In this document: one piece after another, positions 38,526-50,160 of the stretch | Position numbering within the stretch: position 1 is the first letter of the stretch | Layout: each line of letters begins with the position of its first letter | Assembly (NCBI GenBank): GCA_964016885.1 | Contig: OZ024748.1 | Span: forward strand, 1,798,001 to 1,862,000 | Origin: Eledone cirrhosa | Taxonomy: Eukaryota | Direction: 5' to 3' | DNA: 64,000 nt | Notes under the pieces: generated by a model | Seen by the model: the letters and a program-made list of their open reading frames with translations, nothing else | Database searches by the model: none | Told to the model about the DNA's origin: nothing | Position numbers and translations under genes: made by a program

Positions 38526-40494
38526 TTATTGTCATTTCATTTATCTTGCTTTATGTTCATAGGAGTTATCGCCAAGTCATAAAGAAAAACCCAGTGTCAT
38601 TCTGTATCTTTGTTTCCTTAATGTGAGTTCTGTGTAGCAAAAAAAATTATTATTATTATTCCAGTAATGCACTTGATTTAATTAACTTTATCCGCTCCCT
38701 AAATTACTGGCCTTGTGCCTATAGTAGAAATCATAGTTATGGCCCTTTATGTTGTGAGTTCAAATCCACCGAGGTTAACTTTGCCTTTCATCCTTATAGG
38801 GTCGATAAACTAAAGTACCAGTAACGTGCTGGGGTTGATTTAATCGACTTTCCCTCTCCTCAAATTGCTGGCCTTGTAGAAATCAATATTATTATTATTC
38901 TTCAAAAACAGTTTAAATCCCTCAGATGAGAAGTTGGTGATATATAACACTAATCTGTATCTCTCTCTATGCCACTGAAATAGCTTTTCTAACTTATATT
39001 AAAGCTTAGTGAGCTTTTTTGTTCTCTTTATTACTATTTTTTCTCACTTTATTTTGTTCTTTATCTCTGTCTTTCCTTGTGGAAATGATTTTAGCTTATC
39101 CAAATAATGAGGTAAATCTATTAATTATACATATAAAGAATTGACATGTATTGTTATTAGTGTTGTTATTGTTGTTATTGCTATAGAAGAAATCATCATT
39201 ATTATTGCTGTCATTGTTATCATAATCATCATCATGATCATTGGTGATGGTAGTGGTCATGGAATATTACTTGAGGAGGGTACTTATTCTTGGTAGTCAA
39301 GGGAACTTTGGATCTCTAGGGTGTCTTGATTGGTCCTAGGTGGAGGTCCTTCTTCTTGAAACATTACCACCACCATCATCATCATTTTATGTTCACTTTT
39401 CACGTTGGCATGTGTTGGGATGAGTTATCATGGTCCAAGACATGTTGGGTTGGATTGACCACATTTTGCTCATACAAAACCTGTCTCTGTAATGCCCTCT
39501 CATCTGTCTCCCTTGTGGTAAATATATAAAAAGAATTTTTATTATTATTGATATTATTATTATCATAGCTATTATAATCACGTTAACCTGAAACTCAAGG
39601 TTTGATCTTAATAAGGCAGATATATATAGTTGGGAAAGAGTAGGTAGCTACTTTTGTTGTGCCTATTATCATTATTATTAAATCCTGCTCATATTGACTT
39701 TGTCTTTCATCTTTCTGAGCCAATACAATATCTATCAGTTAAGTACTGGGGTTGATATTGGCTGAAATAATAAAGCATTAGACTAGTTGCTTTATGTTAA
39801 ATATTTCAGCACTTCTTTATTTGTTTTGTTGAAATCATTCATCCAGGTTTACAACTTTATAACATACAAGCAGGGCCAGTTTCAAGCAAGTTATATCAAA
39901 GGAGTTAAGCCATTGATATACCACATCTGAATAAATGGTAGGATGAGATGGTCAGTGCTGGAATGCTTTCAATTATAACCCTGCTTGATCAGAGCTGAGC
40001 TAGAGATAAAGAATATCAACAACAACTTCTGTTACAAATAGTGAAAAATTTCAAGTGCCACTATTGATCCTTAAACAGGAAACCATTGAGTAAATAGTAT
40101 AATCTCTTATGAGATTACAACAACACCAACAACGAGAAATAAATAGACAGGAAATAAAGTGTTGTTAGTTTTCTGGAATAGATGATAAATCAAAGGTACA
40201 GTTTGACTGAGATAAGTTATTTTAAGTTCAATGTGAACTTAAAAATAAAGTTGAACTCACTACTGATAAAAAAAACAACACTTATCTTATCTCCTACAGT
40301 TAGGAAATCATAAAATTGAAATAAAATATAAAAGTAAGAAATGAAAGCAAGAATTATTATTATCATTAATATTATTATCATTATTATTATTTTTAAAATG
40401 AAAAATACCTGTCCAATCCATCTGCCCAGCATGAAAATAAAGTGTATCATCATCATCATCATCATTTCCCCTGCCAGTGTTGCTGCTGTTGCTG

Positions 40495-41023
40495 CCACCA
40501 GCACCACCAGCACTACCAGCACTACCACCACCACCAGCACCACCAGCACCACCATCACCACCAGCACCACCATCACCACCAGCACCACCATCACCACCAG
40601 CACCACCATCACCACCAGCACCACCATCACCACCAGCACTACCACCACCACCATCACCAGCACTACCAGCACTACCACCACCACCATCACCACCAGCACC
40701 ACCAGCACCACCAGCACTACCACCACCACCATCACCACCAGCACCACCAGCACCACCATCACCACCAGCACCACCATCACCACCAGCACCACCAGCACTA
40801 CCAGCACCACCACCAGCACCACCATCACCACCAGCACCACCATCACCACCAGCACCACCAGCACCACCACCACCACCATCACCACCAGCACCACCAGCAC
40901 CACCATCACCACCAGCACCACCAGCACCATCACCACCAGCACTACCACCACCATCATCACCACCACCACCAGCACCACCATCACCACCATCACCACCATC
41001 ATCACCACCACCACCACCACCAC
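40495..41023. repeat. Compound CAC/CAG/CAT/TAC trinucleotide array
   Basis: Read directly; it explains the poly-T/S, poly-H/Q, poly-P and poly-V ORFs. Confidence 0.97.
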
Positions 41024-41202
41024 GAGGTGTCTAATAAAATTTATTTTACACATTTTTATATGAACGAATGCTCTCTGTAAAAGAATTTTTGTTTAATCTA
41101 ATGTCTTAAGATTAGTGTTGATAATTGCCTGTAAACTATAGATGTGGTTTGCCCAATCATATAAGGTTCTGCAACTAAACAAGTTTGGGACCCCTGTTTT
41201 AA

Positions 41203-41387
41203 ATAATTGTTTCTACTTTTGGCACAAGGCCAGCAATTACCCAGTGTATTACTGGTACTTTATTTTATCGACCCTGTAAGGATGAAAGGCAAAGTTAACC
41301 TCGGCAGGATTTGAATTCAGAATGGAAAGGGCTGTAACTCTTTGCGTCAAAGCATGGCGTCCGACCCTCTAACGATACTGCCAATCC
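41203..41387 (-). mobile_element. Young SINE type A
   Basis: Near-identical reverse complement of 38348-38525. Confidence 0.9.
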
Positions 41388-41619
41388 TTTCTCTAAGAAG
41401 ATAATACATCACAAAAGCATTCATGGGCTTTACAATACAGAAGAGTGATATTCATGGGGCTTGCCCGTATATACACACACCGTACATACATTGGTTGATG
41501 TTTAGTCCCAGGTTAGATGTCATTTAGCAGACCTATGATCAAAGCATTCCATCCATGACCACTCCGTCTTTCTTTTAAGGGATTGTATGACTACATTATG
41601 TAATGAAATTATTCCTATA

Positions 41620-41829
41620 TTAACCCTTTTGATATAAAGCTGACCAATACCAGATCTACTTTTATGAAACAAAGCCACCCATATTAAATGGTTCTTATTT
41701 AAATTAAAAATCCTCCAGGATCACATATTAGTAATGAAATAATGAAAATTTCTGAGAGATCAATTAAAATTATTAATTAATTAATTAGAATAGTGTAACT
41801 AATTAGAAATACTATTATAAAGGGGTTAA
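41620..41829. mobile_element. piggyBac-type MITE with TTAA ends
   Basis: TTAA-CCCTTTT ... AAAGGGG-TTAA; same family as 30701 and 45019. Confidence 0.7.
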
Positions 41830-42095
41830 GACAGGGGGCTACTTTTATGAGGTGGAGCCACCTTATCTCCCACATTGGATAATTATTGTTGTTCTTGTTA
41901 TTTTTGTTACTGATTATGATGATTATCATGGCCATGAGGATGATGATGATGATATTGAAGTGTTTATGTTGTCAGATGATACCAAACATTGCTTTTAGTA
42001 CTGGTTAAAATAGTCAGGGAGACAGTTTTAACTTTTTAAACTACAATTATCTACATGTAATTTCACTCAGTGTCAAGCATTAAAAAAACCCACTC

Positions 42096-42131
<36 letters not shown>

Positions 42132-42429
42132 CATACATACACACACATACACTAGGAGATAACTAGTAGCCATAATACTACTGTTCTACATAAGTTATAT
42201 CAGTCATGTTGCAAACTACTGAAGGCTACTATAGTCAATGAAACACTATTATAATACACTACTATTAAGAAATCATTATTATTTTCATCATCATCATCAC
42301 TGTTAGGTCTCTGGATTTACTTATGCCACGTTGAAAGCAAACAAGAAGAATCTACCAATTCCTTCAGGGCCTTCATTCAAACTACTGCTAGGCTTTCTTA
42401 AAGTAAAAATGTTTGTTATTATTATCAAC

Positions 42430-42600
42430 GTTGGGTGCTCTGCACCTTTTTGTACAGCTCTCATGTCCATATCATCGCAGTCTCCTCTCCTGCAAACTGC
42501 ATCTGATCCCTTTTATACCCAGTTTCTCTCTCAGTTCATTTATGCTTTGCAGTTCATGTATATTACTATTACACATCCATTGGAGCATGCAGGCTTCATA
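42430..42600 (-). mobile_element. RTE LINE internal fragment
   Basis: Aligns with 48870-49055 (gtgctctgcacctttt...attactattacacatcca..ggagcatgcaggcttc). Confidence 0.85.
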
Positions 42601-43039
42601 TATATATATCTTGCTTTTTGTATGCAAATATTTTCTTTCATGTTACTGTCCTGGCTTACATAGTTACTCTAAATGTATTATTAATTTTCTAATGAGTAAC
42701 TTTTACCAAGTTCCAGCTAACAATTTCATCATAATAAAGCTTGTCTCAAATTTTGGATATATTACAGCAAGGCTTCTGTCATTACTTGATTTCTACATTA
42801 CAGTGACCTGTTCTCCCACCCATTCTAATTAGCAAACTTAATTTATGATAACGTAATTATTTTATGATGAGAGAAGTAATATTCATAAAGAAAGTGTGGT
42901 CTTAAGGAGTTCCATATCAATAGGAGAGAAAGAGTGGTATTTAGAATGACTCCAGTCAGTTTGCATTCTTATTTCAAATTGTGTAATGGTCAACTTTGCC
43001 TTTCATCCTTTTGGAGATTTTAAAATAAATTAGCAGCCC

Positions 43040-43262
43040 AGGGTGGGGATTGGCAGCACTGTCAATGTGCTGGTTAAGAATGTTTCATAGCCTTTGTTCT
43101 AGTTCTTTGCATTCTTAGTTCAAATCCCACTGTGGCATACTTGAACAGTAACCCTAATTTAGCACTTGGTTTAACACCATCACCTCGCCCATGAGTGCTT
43201 TTTGTCTAGTCCACTCTGTTGCAAACAGAGTTTGGGCCAGGTTTCTGGTTTGAGGAATGCTG
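43040..43262 (+). mobile_element. SINE type B, most complete copy (type A-like tRNA head with a different body)
   Basis: Head gattggcagc...agttcaaatcccactgtggc, then a body homologous to the reverse complement of 1-150. Confidence 0.6.
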
Positions 43263-44439
43263 GGCTAGCAGCATTGGAATATAAAGCTGGTGGGAGATCA
43301 TCAAACATCGGTGAAACTGGAATAAGGAACCAGTAGATTTATCCAGTGTTATCCAGTAATAGTTTATTTCTACTTTGAACTACTGGAACAGCTCTCTCAA
43401 GTAGAAGGAAAAAGTGCGGAAAAAAGAGGAATAGAATATATATATATATTCTATTCTAATTTTTCTCGTGGCGCCTACACAATATATATACATATGTATG
43501 TAGATAGATATATACATACATAGATAATTCAATGGAATCAAATTCTCAACACACAGAGATGCCAATGATCTATCGTTGCTTTTATGTCCACTTTTCTGTG
43601 CTGGCATGGATTGGACGGGATGTTTTGACACATTGTTTTTCAGCCCTTCCTGGCACCAACCCTTATGATATGCAGGAATATAGTATATCTATTCTATAAA
43701 CCAGGATACACACACCATACTGTCATATATATATATATATATATATGCCTTCACCCCTCCCACTGTAAAGTGATCATCTAGGTGTCATGATAACAAAGCA
43801 CTCAGTCCACACTGTAAAGTATCCAGTACTCACTGTAAATGAGGTTGGTGTTAAGAAGGGCCTCCAGTTGTAGAAATCAAGCCAAAATCAGTTCTGTATG
43901 AGCCAGACATGATCACTTGACCTGGCATTGCCCACAACAGGACAACTCATCTAACCCATGCTAGTGTGGGAGAATGGATGTAAAACAGTGATAATGATGA
44001 TTATATATATATATATATATATGAATCCTTATGCTTTTACAATAGGTGCTGGCAGGATATCTTCACACAGTGTAGAAACTAGAATACTTGATCAGTTAAT
44101 TGAAAGTGTTAACCAGTATGATTATATTTCAAACTACTAGAACAGCTTTCTGAAGCTTTTCCAAAGCCCAAAGTTTCTCAAACACCATATAATATGATAC
44201 AGCTGTTATAGAATTGTCTTAGTTCTCTTCTTCAAATGCATGTCTTTATCGTGAATGGTAAATGTGTTTGTGTCTATAAATTAATTGAGAGCCATTATAT
44301 CTGTGGGTGGAAATCATTATTCTTTTACAATACGATCTGTGCAATCAACACTTGTGTAATGTGACTCAACTTTCTGAAATTACTCTACTAGCAGTTGTGT
44401 GATAATTCTCTTCACAAACTTAAGTAGATGTTAAATGTT

Positions 44440-44655
44440 CATGATGATGATGATGATGTATAATAATGTACTGATGTGTGTGTATGCACATGAATGACTG
44501 TGTGTGTGTGTGTATATATATATGTCTGTATATATATATGTATTAATACATGTAGCTATCTCTCTCTCTCCCTCTCTTTCTCTCTCTCTCTCTATATATA
44601 TGTGTGTGTGTGATTATGTATGTATACATGAAGCTCTCCCTCTCTCCCCTTATAA

Positions 44656-44711
<56 letters not shown>

Positions 44712-44800
44712 ATTTGTGTATGTGCTTTGTATGCTTCCATATGCCTATGCCAGGATGTGTATATGATCTGATGTCTATACGAAGACATGTATGTATATAC
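44440..44800. repeat. Compound (GAT)n/(GT)n/(AT)n/(CT)n microsatellite
   Basis: Read directly. Confidence 0.93.
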
Positions 44801-45018
44801 CTATGCTCTACATATTAATGTGAATTGCTCTTTACCCTGAGAACCGTATTTCCATCTGTCTGTTTTCTTGAATTCCACTGACTTGATTGTCATATGGAAA
44901 GTAAAGATAGGGATTGTGTGTGGTTGATCCCCAAAATTGTATTTCCTTAGGGTGATGCCTGGAGTGCACTAGCTGCTTGTTCAGTCCCTCCCTACAGATT
45001 TCAACAGTGGTTCTATCA

Positions 45019-45268
45019 TTAACCCTTTCATTATCATATTTCTAATGGAAGTCACTGCATACAGTTTTTAAAAATTATCTACTGTTTGGAGCGATTTGGA
45101 TATATAACAAACTTTCTCACTATAAAGCTGGTGTTTGGAACATAACTTAATAAAGGTTCTTACTCAAAATTATGATGGAAAGTTTTTAGATAAATATATG
45201 GCCTTAAAAATAAAGTATGTATGTAGAACAATGTGTGGTTTCAGGTAGTTTGGCATCAAAAGGGTTAA
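45019..45268. mobile_element. piggyBac-type MITE with TTAA ends, opposite orientation to 30701
   Basis: TTAA-CCCTTT ... AAAGGG-TTAA. Confidence 0.75.
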
Positions 45269-48200
45269 AGTGTTGTAGCTTTAGGAAGCATGTTTTGTTG
45301 GAGTTGTGAACTTTCTTTGAGGGTTCATTGGCAAGTTAGTGTCTGGCAAAAAATACTGGGTAGCTATTGTCCATTAGCTCCCTTACAAACTGCTTGGTGT
45401 TAGCAGTCCTATACAAAATTGAATACATAATTTGATCACTGCTGAGGGGATTTGAACTCAAGAACTGACAAGGATTAAGTTGAATAATGTGATGCATATA
45501 GCATGATATACCCTACTATCTCAGCCATCACCACTTCTGGTGAAGATCAATCTAATTCTTTATGTTGTTTCTTTTCTTCGATCCCTGGATAGAATAGTAG
45601 TTGAGATGACTTGGATCTCACAAGTATTTTGCTAATGTCCTGATTAATCTCTTAGCAGATTAGGGCTAGACCTTGTTAAAACATTTGACAAGATAATAAA
45701 TGCCTGTAAGTTGATAATAGCTGCTGCAATTGTGAAAATAATATCTATTCATTGTGTCAAATGCAGATAAGAATAACACTGTAATTAGATTTGTATATGT
45801 GTGTGTGTCTGTATGTGCATGTGTGTACCCCGCCTCTCTCTGTACACTCATGCCTAGACACTCACATATATTTGTGTAAATAGGGAACAGCTTTTCTTTC
45901 AAACATGTTACATGACTGTTCAAGTTTAATTCTTTTTATGAAGGATTTTTCAAATTTCCTTATTAGTTCATTGTGTTTAGTTGGAACAATAGTGTGCCTA
46001 GATCCATTGGACCATTTACATTTCAAGACCTATTTTTGCCTCATCATCAATATTTTATAAGCATTCCTGGCATTCTTTCTGATTGCTGCAAAACACTTAA
46101 ATATCATGTCATTGTTACCATCATTACAGGGTGGTGGATTTGCAGAATTGTTAGTGCATTAGATGAAATACATTGCAGTATTTTGTCATGGCTCTCTACA
46201 TTCTGGTTTTGAATCCCGCTGAGGTCAAATTTTTATTGATCTTTCTAAGATCAATAAAATAAGGTATCAATTAAATAGTTTCACATAAATTCTTTTTACT
46301 ATAGTATTGGTACCAAATTTGAGTACTATTGCCATATATTTATATAAAATTTCCTAAGAAATTGGAAAGATTCTTGATAAATGTGGAACTAGTAAATTCT
46401 GAATGGACCACAGTTATGAAAATTGCAACATTTTTCATATAAAACAAGCTTTCAATTATAACCTTCAATAACATATGCATTAACCACCAACATGACATTT
46501 TCTGTCTTGTATCAGGTGATTCAAGTCTGAAATTGATGAGACATTTAATGAATTTCTAATGTTTCGTAATGTTGAAAATTTGCCAATATTTTAGATGACA
46601 GTGATTGTGAAAATCTTTAAAATTCTTTATATTGAAAAATGTGAAAAGAATCACTTATTATTCTTGTGCTTCATGATAATGAACTGTTTCTGTGTGGTAG
46701 ATTTTCTGGAAATTAAAACTGTTAAATTTTTTAGAAACTCTAAACAGCTTTAAAATTAGAGGGTGTTGTAATTTGATGGAAAGTGTAGAAACTAGTGTTT
46801 TCCTTAGAGGGCTACAGCAATACAAATAGGACATTAAATGTTAAAAATATATTACCTTGGAGGTAACCCTTTAGCATTTACATTACTCTATAATATACTA
46901 TTGTATTTTTGTGGTAAATGCTTTATCTTACATAATTATCTCACATAATATTGAATCTACGAGATGAGGGACTGCAAGTCTCTAGGGTGCATCTAACTAA
47001 AACCTGCACGGAAAAATGGACATTAAATGATGATAATAATGAAGGCACCTGAAAGGTTCATATTGACCAATATGGCACATTATAACTCTAGGATGATAAT
47101 GGAATTTAGAATTTGATAAAGAACATACTGAACATTTACAAGTTTTCTGAGAGCTGTGATCACCAAAGTTGCCTAAATTGTTCATATGAAAGAAGTTGAA
47201 AATGTTCACTTGAGTAAATTAACATATTTTGACATGTGTCAGTAACTGTTAAATTGAAATTCAGTTGGAAATTCTAAAGCATTTGCCAATATTGACAGGT
47301 CAATGAAATGGCTAAATTATCTATTTGAAGGAATTTCGGAATTTACTCTTGTAAAAGGTGTAAAAGAATGAAGAGCCATTGCAAATTGTCTCTAATGCTG
47401 TAAGTTGAAAACTGGTGATGTATATGAGAAAATGTTGAAAATTTGCAAAAATTGAAATTACTAATTCTATAAAATCAAAAGATATTGAAAATTATCACAT
47501 CTAAAAGGTTCAAATTTGATGAAAATGAACCATTCTAATTTGCTATGGGTGAATGAAAATTGAAATTAGTAAAGAACATTTGAAAATGTTTATATCTTTA
47601 AAAATTTTAATACTTTTGAAAATTTGTAAATTTCAACAAGAATTATTTAAAAAAATAACTAAATTTTTCATATAAAATAAGATAGAAATTATAATTTTTA
47701 AATGGTGTGGTTTTAAAAAATAGAGCACATATTCTGATATTGAGTCACATGATGGAAATCAAAAACGGAATAAGAAGTTCTAGGAATTTGAAAATGAATA
47801 ATATTATGAAAATTGTTGAAATTAATATGGTAGCTAATGATCCAATAAGTTGTAGATGACATAGTTTGACATAGTTTGGGAAGATGGAGATGAGTATTTA
47901 TAAAGAAATGGAAAGAATTCTATCATTTTTTGGAGATGCATCAAACTTGCACATTCTTTGATGGTCATAGACATTAAAATTGCCGAAATACTTTCTTCTA
48001 AAAGGTGCAGCTTGCTGAATATGATATTTTATCTTTAGTAATGACAACCAGAATTGGGTAAGAGATTTGGAAAAGAAATCTTACATACTTGTAAAGAGTG
48101 CAAATATATAAGTTTAAACAAGATCATGTTTTTGAAAATTACTAAATGTTTCATATGAAAAAATTAATTATAATTTGAAAACTGTGCAATCCAATAAATC

Positions 48201-48460
48201 ATGTTCAAACTTGTCTTAGATAGTAGGAGAATAGGTAACAACATTTGACAGTTTCTGACTTGTTAAAAACTATTGTGACTTGGATGTGGTGTCTTGGTTT
48301 GAGATTGGATAGGTTGGAGAACACTAGCTCTCTAGTACATTTCATTTTTGGCATGATTTTTACAGCTAGACACCCTTTACACACACACATACATATATAC
48401 CCCCCCCCCCCATATATATTTATTTATATATATGTTTTGTATACCTCTCTCTGTATATAT

Positions 48461-50008
48461 CATCATCACCGTTTTACGTCCGTTCTTCCATGCTAGCATG
48501 GGTTAGATGGGTTGTCCTGTTGTGGGCAGCATCTGGTCGGCTGACCATGCCTTGCTCATACAGGAACTGATTTTGGCTTGATTTCTACAGCTGGATGCCC
48601 TTCCTAACACCAACCTCATTTACAGTGAGTGCTGGGTGATTTTTTTCCGTGGCGCCTACACGACCACTTTGCAGTGGGAGGGTGTGGGGGCATATTGTCT
48701 ATATGCTTCAGCTTGTACCCATGGGAGGTCGGGTACTCTATTACTGCGTGACGCCAGAGGTCACGGTCGTGTGTCATTGCCTTTGAGAGGTGCAACTGGG
48801 TAAGGTCAGCCCCTATCACCTCATCCCAGGTCTTCTTGGGTCTCCCCACTCCGCGGTTTCCACTGACTTCTAGTGCTCTGCACCTTTTTATGCAGCTGTC
48901 ATCCTTCATACGCATCACATGTCCATACCAATGCATCCGCCTCTCCTGCACACAGCATTTGATTTCTCTGATGCTCAGTCTCTCTCTCAATTCATTTATG
49001 CTTTGCCGTTCGCATATATTACTATTACACATCCATCGGAGCATGCAGGCTTCGTTTCTTTCTAATCTACGTAAGTCTTCCACCTTCAGCGCCCAGGTCT
49101 CACTACCGTGTAACATTGCTGTTCGTATACACACATCATACAGTCTGCCTTTCATTTTGAGGGAGAAGCCTTTTGCAGCTAGCAGTGGCAGTAGTTCGCT
49201 GAACTTCTTCCATCCCGTTTTTACCCTAGTTATTGTACTTTCTGAACACCCACCTCCGCTGCTAATTTGGTCACCTAGGTAGCAGAAGCTGTCTACTGTT
49301 TCTACAGAGCCCTCCCAGAGATTGGTGGTACTTGTTTCCTGTGGCTGTTTGCTGCTTGCTGTCCAAGCACAGCTGCTACATGTGAAGCCTACATTCTTAA
49401 TTAAGCTTCCTGAGATCCCGCTACATCTCTTGTGTACCCATTGTTTGCATTTGGAGCAGCGAATGTAGTTCCTACCTACACGTTTCCTACATATTGAGCA
49501 AGGCCATTTTCCTGAGGGGATCTGGGTTCTGTTTTCTCGTCTACTTACAAGGACCTTAGTCTTTGTCATGTCGACTTTGATACCCTTTCTTTCTAGTCCC
49601 TGCTTCCAAGTTTGGAATTTCCTCTCTAGTTCTACCAGCTATAAGTGCGAGGTCATCAGCATACAGGAGTTCCCATGGGCATCCGGTCTTAAACTCCTCC
49701 GTTATTGCCTGCAAGACTATGATGAACAGGAGGGGGCTAAGAACAGAGCACTGGTGGACCCCAACCTGTATGCTAAATCCCTCGCTATACTCATTGCTAA
49801 TCCTAATTTTGCTGACTGCTCCCCTACATGGCTTGTACAGCTTTCACAAGCCATTCATCTACTCCTAGTTTTCTAAGAGCCCACCAGATTATAGCACGTG
49901 GAACTCTGTCAAAGGCTTTCTTGAGATCGACGAATGCTAGGTAGAGTGGCTTACTTTTAGCTAGGTACTTTTCCTGTAACTGCCTGACAAGGAAGAGGGC
50001 ATCAGTGG
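48461..50008 (-). mobile_element. 5'-truncated RTE-clade LINE: RT domain (one stop, one deletion), PHD-like finger, C-terminus, 3'UTR and (GAT)n tail
   Basis: The minus strand translates to LFLVRQLQEKYLAKSKPLYLAFVDLKKAFDRVP...QVGVHQCSVLSPLLFIIV...WELLYADD (YADD at 49652-49663), then the 317 aa ORF 48616-49569 with VDSFCYLGDQI, WYGHVMRM and RGVGRPKKTW. Confidence 0.96.
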
Positions 50009-50160
50009 TATATATATGTTTTTGTATACCTCTCTCTCTCTATATATATAATGTTTTTGTATACCTCTATATTAGCATAGCAGTGTATGGTGTTTGATAT
50101 ATCCATGTCATATGAAATGTAAACGCGATTAGATATTCTCCAAATTAAGGTTATGTTCAA

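Noticed and set aside
40217-41080. Long ORFs suggesting mucin-like, His/Gln-rich or Pro-rich proteins
   Set aside because: A CAN-type trinucleotide array is stop-free in four frames by construction; the flanks are non-coding and include a decayed RTE tail.
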